Positions 49,401 through 61,400 of a stretch of 64,000 nt of DNA are shown here, piece after piece. Both the position numbers and the translations under genes were made by a program. Origin of the DNA: Macrostomum lignano. Taxonomy: Eukaryota. Positions within the stretch are counted from its first letter, which is position 1; the number at the start of each line of letters is the position of its first letter. The notes below the pieces were generated by a model. It was not told where the DNA came from. It was given only the letters and a program-made list of their open reading frames with translations, and made no database searches. Where the stretch lies: NCBI GenBank assembly GCA_002269645.1, contig NIVC01000192.1:1-64000 (forward strand). The letters run 5' to 3'.

Positions 49401-52400
49401 GGTTTGGCAGTTCGGGATAGGAGGGAGTGAATTGAAACAGAAGATGGATCGAGAGGAATTAAGGGGAAGGGAGGGATCGAGAAGGGAATGGATTGAGAGG
49501 GGAAGGGATCGATGGGGAAGGGATCGATGGGGAAGGGATCGATGGGGAAGGAATCGATGGGGAAGAGATCGATGGGGAAGGGATCGATGGGGAAGGGATC
49601 GATCGGGAAGGGATCGATGGGGAAGGGATCGATGGGGAAGGGATCGATGTGGAAGAGATCGAGAGGAGAAGGGATCGATGGGGAAGGGATCGAGAGGAGA
49701 AGGGATCGATGGGGAAGGGATCGATGGGGAAGGGATCGATGGGGAAGGGATCGATGGGGAAGGGATCGATGGGGAAGGGATCGAGAGGAGAAGGGATCGA
49801 TGGGGAAGGGATCGATGGGGAAGGGATCGAGAGGAGAAGGGATCGAGAGGGGAAGGGATCGAGAGGGGAAGGGATCGAGAGGGGAAGGGATCGAGAGGGG
49901 AAGGGATCGAGAGGGGAAGGGATCGAGAGGGGAAGGGATCGAGAGAGGAAGGATCGAGAGGAGAAAGGATCGAGAGGGGAAGGGATCGAGAGGGGAAGGG
50001 ATCGAGAGGGGAAGGGATCGAGAGAGGAAGGATCGAGAGGGGAAGGGATCGATGGGGAAGGGATCGAGAGGGGAAGGGATTGATGGGGAAGGGATCGAGA
50101 GGGGAAGAATCGAGAGGAGAAGGGATTGATGGGGAAGGGATCGATGGGGAAGGGATCGAGAGGAGAAGGGATCGAGAGGGGAAGGGATCGAGAGGGGAAG
50201 GGATCGAGAGGGGAAGGGATTGATGGGGAAGGGATCGATGGGGAAGGGATCGAGAGGAGAAGGGATCGAGAGGGGAAGGGATCGAGAGGGGAAGGGATTG
50301 ATGGGGAAGGGATCGATGGGGAAGGGATCGAGAGGAGAAGGGATCGAGAGGGGAAGGATTGCGGAAAGGTCCTTGGAGCCTCGTGAGCGAGCATGTCACA
50401 TCTGAAGGTCATCAAAGGTATGTAGTCAATCGCAATAAAAAGAGAGTTGCTCACTTTCGCGATTCCAGCAGGTGCACTTCGGCATGCAGACCAGCGTAGC
50501 CTGGACCGCCTTGGCCAGCGCATCGCCGAGCTTTCCAGCTGTCGGCACCTTCGTCAACCTGACTGTTCCTCTGGCGAACTCCAGCTCCTTCGACCAGCTG
50601 GTCATTGACTCCGACGGTCAAGCGCTCCTAGACCTTGTGCTGCTAGATTACTGGCCTACCCGGAACCAGTTCATGCCAGTGCTCACCATTAACTGGCCTG
50701 CGTACAACTCAGTGCAGGCTTTGGCTAGCGAGCTGGGCGCTGTGCCGGGCGAGGACTCGTGCTTCCTCTCTGTTTGCCCGGAACCGGAAGTGGCGGGTAA
50801 GCCTGTGCCTTATTGAGCTACCTGTTCTAAGCCAAATTGGCTCGTACTCCTCATATTCCTACCCCACTACCGACAAACCCACTCCCCTCATTCCTACCCC
50901 ACTATCGACAACCCCACTCCTCGCATTCCTACCCCACTAGCGACAACCCCACTCCTCGCATTCCTACCCCACTACCGACAACCCCACTCCCCTCATTCCT
51001 ACACCACTACCGACAACCCCACTCCCCTCATTCCTACACCACTACCGACAATCCCACTCCCCTCATTCCTACCCCACTACCGACAACCCCACTCCCTCAT
51101 TCCTACCCCACTACCGACAACCCCACTCCCCTCATTCCTACACCACTACCGACAACCCCACTCCCCACATTCCTACCCCACTACCGACAACCCCACTCCT
51201 CGCATTCCTACCCCACTACCGACAACCCCACTCCCCACATTCCTACCCCACTACCGACAACCCCACTCCCCACATTCCTACCCCACTACCGACAATTCCA
51301 CTCCTTGCATTCCTACCCCACTACCGACAATTCCAATCCTTGCATTCCTACCCAAGTACCGACAACCTACTCCCGTGATTATAAATGTACAGAATTATTC
51401 TAGATTGCTCTATTGCAAACTTATTTTGAAGGAACGGAACAGACAAATATTCAAGCAATTTCATCTGGTGCCTTTACCGATTCTAAATGCGTGATGAGTG
51501 ATTAAATCAGCCAAGTCCCGCCTTTGACTCCCAGGTGGATTTACGGCAATGCACGGCGTGATTCTCCTGGCTTCGCTCCTCTTCGTTGCCGGCGCCGGAT
51601 TTGTTATTTTCCTGCTGGTCAGGTGAGCCAAACATCCAAGGTGGGGCTTGTGGGATCCGACAGAGCTCAGGTGCGTAACGGCTTAAACACTAGCACTGCT
51701 TTCGCTGGAAAACCATCATCATCATCAAGAGCCTAATTCTTGATTTCTTGAGTCCATCGCGTGCTCCGAGACGTTAAAAGGGCGGATGAAGATATCAAAA
51801 CTGAAGCAACTAATGCAGGCAGACAGAAATCCGATTTTCGGGCTCCGGGCGGTGCTCGGGGGCCTCGCTTTTTAGTTTTGAATCTGCATTATGAACTAAA
51901 GATCGCTAATCTGATGAGGAACGGGAAAATCCCTTTTTTGCAAACCTTCTCCAGGCGATACCAAAGCCGGAAGGAGCTGGCCAAGGGGCCCAACAAGATG
52001 CTGCTCTATCCCATGGATGTGGAGTTCCAGAAGAACCGAATCAACAAGAGCGTTCCGGTGAGCATTGGTTTGAGACTGTTCGGCCATTAATTGATTTGAA
52101 ATATGTTGCTGCATGCATCAAATGCTGAGGGCTGTGGTACCCTGTTCTACTGCAGCCCAGAGCTGCTACCAAGGACCACTGTAGTATAACAGTACGTAAA
52201 ACTCAAAGAGTATGCAATTTTTAGGAGGCCGATTTCCTAGAAAAGTACACTGCGGAGATAAGAAAAAATCATTTTATTCATCAAAAATCAATGATTGCAT
52301 TTGAACTGGGGCTGAGAAAGCTACCTTTTCTTAATTTAGCATGCACAACATGTTACTCTGTTGTACTCGTATTTTATATAGTCGTGTAGTGAAAGTTTCA

Positions 52401-55400
52401 TTTTCATATTGTTTTCTAGCTATTTCATAAGCCCCAGCTAAATTTGTAAATACTCACAAGTGAAATTTGCGTTCTTGGCTTCAAAATTGATAGATATCGA
52501 AAAAGTCAACAATGAGAAAAGATAATTGGTAAACGTTGTCTACATAAAATTATTTAGACAAACAAAAATTTAATTATTTAAGGGCTTGTCTAGACAGGTC
52601 TAGGAATACCTAAACATATGCATTTGAATGGAACTATACCTACAATAATGCCTAAATTAAAAAAGTAATCTTCACTGCCCCAAATCAAATGCAAAATCTT
52701 TGATTTTGTGATGAAAAAAATGACAAATGATTTTTCCTATCTCCTTAATGTATTTTTTTCAAGGAAATCGGCCTCCTTAAACTTACACACTCTTTGAGTT
52801 TTACGTCCTGTTATTCTACAGTGGTCCTTGGCTGATGAACGCTAAACGCTAAATAAACGCTGATTTTTGCAGAGTCTGAAGGCGGCGGACGTCACAGTGG
52901 CAGAGGTGGCCCTGCCAGGACTGCTGCAGAACCAAAACCACCAGGCTGAGACGCTCCGGAACGCTGTGGCCGAGAGGCGCTCGCTGAAGAGCCCGACCAG
53001 CGAGAACGAGGCCACGGACTCCAACACTGCGAAGTACAATGTGAGAGCTCCCTTTAATACTTTTAACGCACCGTGTAGGGCACTGATAAAGCTTGTGCAT
53101 TTACTATCTATTCTTCATTTTCAGGGAGATTTCATTCACGTTAGCTACCTGCAGTTGCCCGGTCACTCTGTGAAGAGCCGAATGATGTCGTACATTCGGA
53201 TGCTGAGAGAAATCCGCAACGAAAATGTCAATCCGTTTGTTGGCTTACTGGTTGACATGGAGTACCTGGCCATGGTTTGGGATCACTGCACCAGGGGTAG
53301 CCTGAAGGTGCGTTTTGACAAACAATATTTGATAATAATGAACAATTGATTACACCTGCCCCAATTGGGCCTTATGTGCAACCGACAGCTCAGCCGCAGC
53401 TATCGCGCGGCGCATCTGAAGGCTGCGTACGGCTGTTCAGTCCAAGGACTGGGGGGTCGCCACACACACCCTCAATTACCCCAGCTAATGCTGGCACCCA
53501 TTTTACAGCTGGGTTAACTGAAGCAATGCAGAGTTATATCTTGTTCAAGGACACAAATTATTCCAATAAGATCGGGAATCGAACTCCCGACCTTCCAGTC
53601 GTAAGTCCGACGCTCTCACCACTAGGGTACAACCGCCGCAAACAAGCATACATGTGCATTAGTTGAACCAGTAGCTCTCAGTGATCAAAATCTCTCAACT
53701 CTCTCGCCTCCCAGGACATCATCAACAACCCATCGGTGAATCTTGACTGGGAGTTCAAGCTGTCACTGCTAACGGATTTGGTCAGGGTGAGTCTTGTTGT
53801 CCATGGTAAATCTGGTAAAGCTATTCACTTCTGCTCTTTGTAAGGTAAAAAGATGCTGATCTCTCTTTCAGGGCCTTCGCTACCTGCACCACAGTCCCGT
53901 GTCAGTGCACGGAAGCCTCAACTCCAGCAACTGCGTAGTGGACGGGCGCTGGGTGCTGAAGCTGACTGACTACGGCCTAAATCAGGTGTACAACATCTAC
54001 AACCATCGGCCGCAGCTTACTGACGAGCAGATGCTCTGGACGGCTCCTGAGCTGCTTCGCGAGCCGCCACCGCCCACCGGCACGCATCCGGGCTCGCAGA
54101 AGGCCGACGTCTACGCGTTCGCCATCGTCATGCAGGAGATCATCACGCGGGACTCGCCCTTCGGCATGATGGGCATGTCGGCCGAAGAGATTCTTCGTAA
54201 AGTGCGCAAGCCTCCGCCGCTTTGCCGACCGCAGGTCACTCAAAGCGAGGCGCCGCCAGCCTATATTCAGGTAAAATTGACGATGCCTCAAAACACCTGT
54301 GACTGGAGACACGTGTGTCTCGTAAAGCTCTTTTGTCTAAGCACCAGAAAGCGTCAATACGCTGTCTTGTTTTTGTCTCATCCAGGTGTTAAAACAGGCC
54401 TGGGCTGAGAATCCAGAGATGCGGCCAGACATGGACTCAGTCTACCAGACATTCAAGAGTCTCCTGCAGGGACGCAAGATGAACATCGTGGACCACATGT
54501 TCAAAATGATGGAGAAGTACTCGGCAGATTTGGAGGAGACTGTGCGGGAAAGAACAACGGAACTTGAGGTTGAAAAAAAGAAGACCGAGATGCTGATTGC
54601 TCGAATGCTACCAAAGTAAGTTTTCCGCTTCCAGATTACATGAGCATCCTGCTGTCCCAGTAGCCAAGTATCCCGCTGTTCCATTAGCCAAGTATCCCGC
54701 TGTTCCATTAGCCAAGTATCCTGCTGTTCCATTAGCCAAGCATCCTGCTGTTCAATTAGCCAAGTATCCTGCTGTTCCATTAGCCAGGTGTCCTGCTGTT
54801 CCATTAGCCAAGTATCCCGCTGTTCCATTAGCCAAGTATCCTGCTGTTCCATTAGCCAAGCATCCTGCTGTTCAATTAGCCAAGTATCCTGCTGTTCCAT
54901 TAGCCAGGTGTCCTGCTGTTCAATTAGCCAAGTATCCTGCTGTTCCATTAGCCAAGTATCCCGCTGTTCCATTAGCCAAGTATCCTGCTGTTCCATTAGC
55001 CAAGCATCCTGCTGTTCAATTAGCCAAGCATCCTGCTGTTCCATTAGCCAAGTATCCTGCTGTTCCATTAGCCAAGTATCCTGCTGTTCCATTAGCCAAG
55101 TATCCCGCTGTTCAATTAGCCAAGTATCCTGCTGTTCCATTAGCCAAGTATCCTGCTGTTCAATTAGCCAAGTATCCCGCTGTTCCATTAGCCAAGTATC
55201 CCGCTGTTCCATTAGCTAAGTATTCCGCTGTTCCATTAGCCAAATATCCTGCTGTCCCAGTTAGCCAAGTATCCTGCTGTTCCATTAGCCAAGTATCCCG
55301 CTGTTCCATTAGCCAAGTATCCCTCTGTTCCATTAGCCAGGTGTCCTGCTGTTCCATTAGCCAAGTATCCCGCTGTTCCATTAGCCAGGTGTCCCGCTGT

Positions 55401-58400
55401 TCCATTAGCCAAGCATCCTGCTGTTCCATTAGCCAAGTATCCTGCTGTTCAATTAGCCAAGTATCCCGCTGTTCCATTAGCCAAGTATCCCGCTGTTCCA
55501 TTAGCCAAATATCCTGCTGTCCCAGTTAGCCAAGTATCCCGCTGTTCCATTAGCCAAGTATCCCTCTGTTCCATTAGCCAGGTGTCCTGCTGTTCCATTA
55601 GCCAAGTATCCCGCTGTTCCATTAGCCAAGTATCCCTCTGTTCCATTAGCCAGGTGTCCTGCTGTTCCATTAGCCAAGTATCCCGCTGTTCAATTAGCCA
55701 AGTATCCCGCTGTTCAATTAGCCAAGTATCCTGCTGTTCCATTAGCCAAGTATCCTGCTGTCCCAGTTAGCCAAGTAATCCGTTGTTCCATTAGCCAAGT
55801 ATCCTGCTGTTCCATTAGCCAAGTAATCCGTTGTTCCATTAGCCAAGTATCCTGCTGCCTCAGTAGCCTGTTGTTGTTAGCAGACTGCTGTCTAGTAACT
55901 AAGTATTGAGATTTTTTAATAAAAATATCAGGTAAATCTCAATCAGCCATGAAATACTGGTGAGGGTTCATTGAGTACCCTGACTGTACAGTAGTAGAGT
56001 TAAGCATTCATAGTTGCCCAATTAATTAGGATATCTGTCTGAACTCCAATTGTTTATTGAACTATCGAACAAAGGGGTGGGACGCACCTGTGAACTCACG
56101 ATTCTCCTAACCTTCACTCCTCTTTCACTTCCTCAGTATTTTTTCTTGAAAAGTGTAAAAAAAAACACTGGCGAAAGAAAACAGACATCGAATATTTGAG
56201 GCCTATATTTTTAATTAACTCTATCCTTACCTGACGACCTTGAGACAGCAAAAATTTTTCCCGTTGACCATCGTGAGAATCAGTGTTCAAGATGAATTTT
56301 GCTACGTGGGATGCAAGCCGTCTCTCCCCCCCCCTTGCCAGTCGCTCTGTTTGTTTCTGTACTGGCCAGCCAGCACCACCCCCGCTAGATCGGACGAATG
56401 CACGATGCATCAGCCCGAGCTCTACACTGCCAGCTTAATCAGTTCAGGAAGGCTTTGAGCGGGCGATCGGCCTGTCCGTTTTGATAGCGCTGGGCAGGTG
56501 CTGGCTTGAACGGCAGGAGAGAACTCGCAGTTTGATTTCCGGCCCCAGTTATGAAATAGAAACCGGGATCGAGTCGTTTAACATTCCCCCATCAGCGAGT
56601 ACAGAGACTGAGTCGGCTAAACTGCAGCAGGTCGAAATTTAGCCTTGCTTTTTAAACTAGCGTATGCGTCTCCAGCTAATTAGTGCATCTACTATCCTAT
56701 TAGAGATTCCCAGTATAAACTCGTTACAGAAACTTTCGCATTGCCCGAGCTCTTTAACTCAAAGAGTTCCTCAGTCCACTAGCCATGGTCATTAGCCGTT
56801 GGACTGACGAATAAGTAGAATAAGCCTGCAAGGAGTGTAGGATCACGGCCCTAGGCGAAGGCGCTGGAGATGCAACGCACGAGGTGACGCGTAGTGGCTT
56901 ATATGGCTGTGAGGCTGGCAGAGAGGAGGGAGGACGTCAGTAGCGAGGAAGATTAGAGCGCCACGGCGAAGCGCGGACGAGCAGCGCCTCTCGCCTTGAA
57001 ATTTGAGCCGGGCAAAGAAGGAAAAGGCACGACCAGAGGATGGAAGATAGCTCAGTGAGGACGAAGAGGAACTCCTAACTGACTGAGATCGGGAGAGTAG
57101 TTGCGAACCTGCTAATTACCAGGCGAAGCGAGAGGTGCTTATGCTTAGTGACTTTCGCCAGCAGCTAAGAAGTTGCAGCTGGATGGGATGAAGCAAACGA
57201 GGGGAAAATTATCAAGTAAAAATCTTTTCCCTTGACTGATTAAACCGCTCATTTCTGCATCCCATGATGCCATTGTCCAGCCGAATGCTGCAAAACACTT
57301 TGTTGGACAGAAACTCAGAAACCTGTCACAAACCGCCACCACTCCGATCTCGCGCAGAATCGTGGCGAAAAGCCTCATGGAGGGCCAGGCTGTGGAACCG
57401 GAGGAGTTCGACGAGGTGACCATCTACTTCAGCGACATCGTCGGCTTCACAACAATCTCGGCGCTGAGCACGCCACTGCAGGTGGTTGACCTGCTCAACG
57501 ATCTGTACACAATGTTCGACGAGACCTTGGAGGAGTACGATGTGTACAAGGTAATCAAGTACGCTAGGGGGGCAACTTGTTTGTAACCACCTCTTTGTCT
57601 TGCACCTCTTGCACCTCTTTGCACTGGTGCATTTTTCTCAAAACCAATGTATCTTTAGACAGTCTTCCTACTGAGCGAAGTAACTTGATCAGTCAGTTTT
57701 AGCCAGCTGTTCTGCGCCCTGTCTGACTAACCCAGATACGCTTTATAACTCTAAGGCTTTACTGTAATACTTCAGTTGACCTTGAAGTTTTCTTGAAGTG
57801 AGACTCATTTTAAACTCTGCTTCAGACCATACGGAGTCGAAGCCATTCTCAAACAGCAGCCAAATAACTTTTTAGAGAACTTTTTTGCGCTAGCATGGAT
57901 ATACTCGTACAAAGTTGAAGTTCAGGTGTTTCTGTGTTCTAAACGTATTACTTTTCAAGTTGTTTCGAACTGAATGAAAGTTCATTAGCAATTTGACGAT
58001 CATTATTCACATTTTTAATGCAGAACAATCCATTACTACAAACAATGCATTGTCTGTAGGATCGTCATTACTACAAACAATGCATTGTCTGTAGGATCGT
58101 CATTACTACAAACAATGCATTGTCTGTAGGATCGTCATTACTACAAACAATGCATTGTCTGTAGGATCGTCAAACAGAAAAACAATGCAAAGAATCAGCG
58201 GTCGCAGCACGTGACAACGATTGTCTGGCGAGCGCCGGATTTATCCATTGCTTCTCACTTTCTGTAGGATACCTAAAAGAGTAAAAAAGCTAAATCATCG
58301 TCACAAATTTAATTCTGCATGATGACGTTTTCAAGTACGACTTGAAGTAGTTTCAAGTAATAACACAGGTCGTCACACCGTTGAATATTGGCAAATTTCG

Positions 58401-61400
58401 AAAAGACCGATTGGATTCAATGTGTCTGAATGAAGCTTTAGTAGTCTTTACACCTTAAGAAAACGAAGACTAGTGTAATTCAAAGTGGCATTTCGAAATC
58501 TAGAAATATATTCGGAAGTGCAACATCCTGTGTTCTGAAGCTGTCTTAGTACATTTTATGCTCGTAAGGGTCTCTGGCCTATTTCCGCATACAAGAAGCT
58601 CAACCAAGAAACAGGAAACGCCGTTGGGATCGCCACGCTAAATCTCTCTCAGGTCACGACTGAAATCCAGCTCTATCTGTAGCATTTTCCCTACAGACAG
58701 CATTATAACAGCAGATCGTTCAACTCCACTCCTGCTTACCTGCCCAGGTGGAGACCATCGGCGACGCCTACATGGTCGTCTCCGGCCTGCCAACCCGCAA
58801 CGGAAACCGGCACGCGGGCGAGATTTCCACTGTGGCGCTGGACCTGCTGTCCCGGTGCGGCAGCTTCACCATTCGCCACATGCCGGATATACCGCTGCGA
58901 CTGCGCATCGGCCTGCACAGCGGCAGTTGCGTGGCTGGGGTGGTTGGACTCACCATGCCCAGGTGAGCGACGGCTGAACCCGCTATTCACGTTAGCCGAG
59001 TTCACCTCTTTTTGCTCGAATTTCCTTTTGAGAAAGTTATGCTAACAGGATGCAACGGTGCACTGCGGCACGACAGTTGCACCAATTACAATCAAATCAC
59101 ATTCCACAGCCGTTCCTCCTAATAATTCCTCCTGTAATTTTTAACAATTGGTATAGCATTTTACAGTTCATTTGGGCTTACGCGCATTTAATTTAGTCCA
59201 AGATACGTTTGCCAAAGAAACGGAGCTTTTGTCTATGGTAGCAAGGCTGGCACAGCGGCATCTGATTTGGTCCAACAAGCATCAATTTGGTCCAAACACT
59301 AGTGAGTCATTCGGAAGCTCTTGAATTCTCGCGACTGTCTGCAGGTTGTTGTGTACCGCTGGAATGTCAGCGTCTCTACCGAATATTTTCAGTCGCTTTT
59401 CCAGAGCTCTGCTGATAGTCGAAATCTGATAACCAACTGGAACTGTTCCTTCAACTTCTGCTGTATTTTCTGCAATATCGAGTAGCAGCTGGACTTGAGG
59501 CTCTTGAGCAACTTGCCTTGGCGATTGCCACCCTTTCGCAGGCGACCGGCAGTGGTTCAACGCGCTGATGGATGCTGGAAACCAATTTTCTTTTCCATTC
59601 AGCAGCCTTGCAATGTCCTTTTGTGTGTTCACCTCTGCCGAGTGCTTCGATCACAAGCCAATGGCATTCATTCGACAGCCTAGCATATGATCAACAATCA
59701 TGGGGCTGATCTTGCTCCTCCGCAGCAGTTGCAAATTAAGCTATGGACCAAATTGATGCTTGTTAGACCAAATCAATTGCCGCGTAAGCCTGAATGGGCT
59801 GCAAAAAGCTATATTTGCTAACTGTTGAATGCTACCTAAATACCTTGTCCAGTTTAAAAACATATTCCGAATGGCAGTAGCCCTGACTACCCTGTCTACG
59901 TTGCAAATCCTTGGCAACAGTCTGTACAAGGTTTGGCCATAGACATGACAGTTTCCAGACTTCGTTAACTTCGTTGTCTATGGCCCAACCAATCTTTATT
60001 CTATACTGCTTTCAACTTAGCATGACAAAAACAATAATTTTAATTTTACGTGACAAAGTGACAGCAGTAAAAAACTGGGTGGCTCATACGTCCTTGCCTC
60101 ATGTAGCTGTCAAATTGTCACTCATCACTCTCCAATTGTGAAAACTTCACTGGATGCCGGTTTTTGTCTGTTATGTAACTCAAACTATTAAGGATTACCT
60201 TCTGAGTTTCCGAATTACAAATATAGCAAACTTGTGTTTTTCCGCGAGGCTGATTCACAAGTTAGAATAGTTTATAAAAGTTAATCAGTATTTCTTTTGT
60301 CAGTCAAGCTTATAACTAAGCCGATTAAGTAAAGAATCCAAAATTTTCTTGGATTTTCTTGGATATAACTAAGCCGATTAAGTAAAGAATCCAAATTTTT
60401 CTTGGAAGAAGCCACTGCCGCAGAACTGCACTCGGCCATAGACAATACAGCCAATCAAGTTAATAAAAAGCCAATGATTTGGACAGCTCGCAATGGCAGC
60501 CACTGCCGCAGAACTGCACTCGGCCATAGACAATACAGCCAATCAAGTTAATAAAAAGCCTATGAATTGGACAGCTCGCAACAGAAGCCACTGCCAAAGA
60601 ACTGCACTCGGCCATAGACAATACAGCCAATCAAGTTAATAAAAAGCCATTGAATTGGACAGCTCGCAATGGCAGCCACTGCCGCAGAACTGCACTCGGC
60701 CATAGACAATACAGCCAATCAAGTTAATAAAAAGCCAATGAATTGGACAGCTCGCAATGGCAGCCACTGCCGCAGAACTGCACTCGGCCATAGACAATAC
60801 AGCCAATCAAGTTAATAAAAAGCCAATGAATTGGACAGCTCGCAACAGAAGCCACTGCCACAGAACTGCACTCGGCCATGGACAATACAGCCAATCAAGT
60901 TAATAAAAAGCCAATGAATTGGACAGCTCGCAACAGAAGCCACTGCCACAGAACTGCACTCGGCCATAGACAATACAGCCAATCAAGTTAATAAAAAGCC
61001 ATTGAATTGGACAGCTCACATTTCACCTTTAGAAGATTTAGTTGAGAAAATTCCACAAAAGACGCAATAAAGGAATAACTGGTGTTAATTATGATTGCCA
61101 GCGGTTCCCAATCTAATCTGTAGGCTCTGTAAAGCATGGAAATCTTTTTGTCTTTCAGGTACTGCCTCTTCGGAGACACGGTGAACACTGCAAGCCGCAT
61201 GGAGTCCACCGGAGCGGCTTTCCGTATCCACGTGAGCCCGTTTACTAAGGCCATCCTTGACCAGCTGGGCGGCTATCACCTGCAGCTGCGAGGCGAGGTC
61301 GAACTGAAGGGCCGCGGCATGGTGAAGTCGTACTGGCTGGTTGGCAAGGACAACTTCAATAAGCCGCTGCCGGAACCGCCTGAAATTGTTGAAGGGACCG

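Noticed and set aside
54442-55770. PAVPLAKY / MEQQDTWL repeat ORFs
   Set aside because: 24-bp intronic minisatellite between rGC exons 10 and 11.
60410-61017. CRISPR-like appearance of regular repeats here and in other arrays
   Set aside because: Units are contiguous and near-identical with no unique spacers, no cas genes are present, and the context is eukaryotic.
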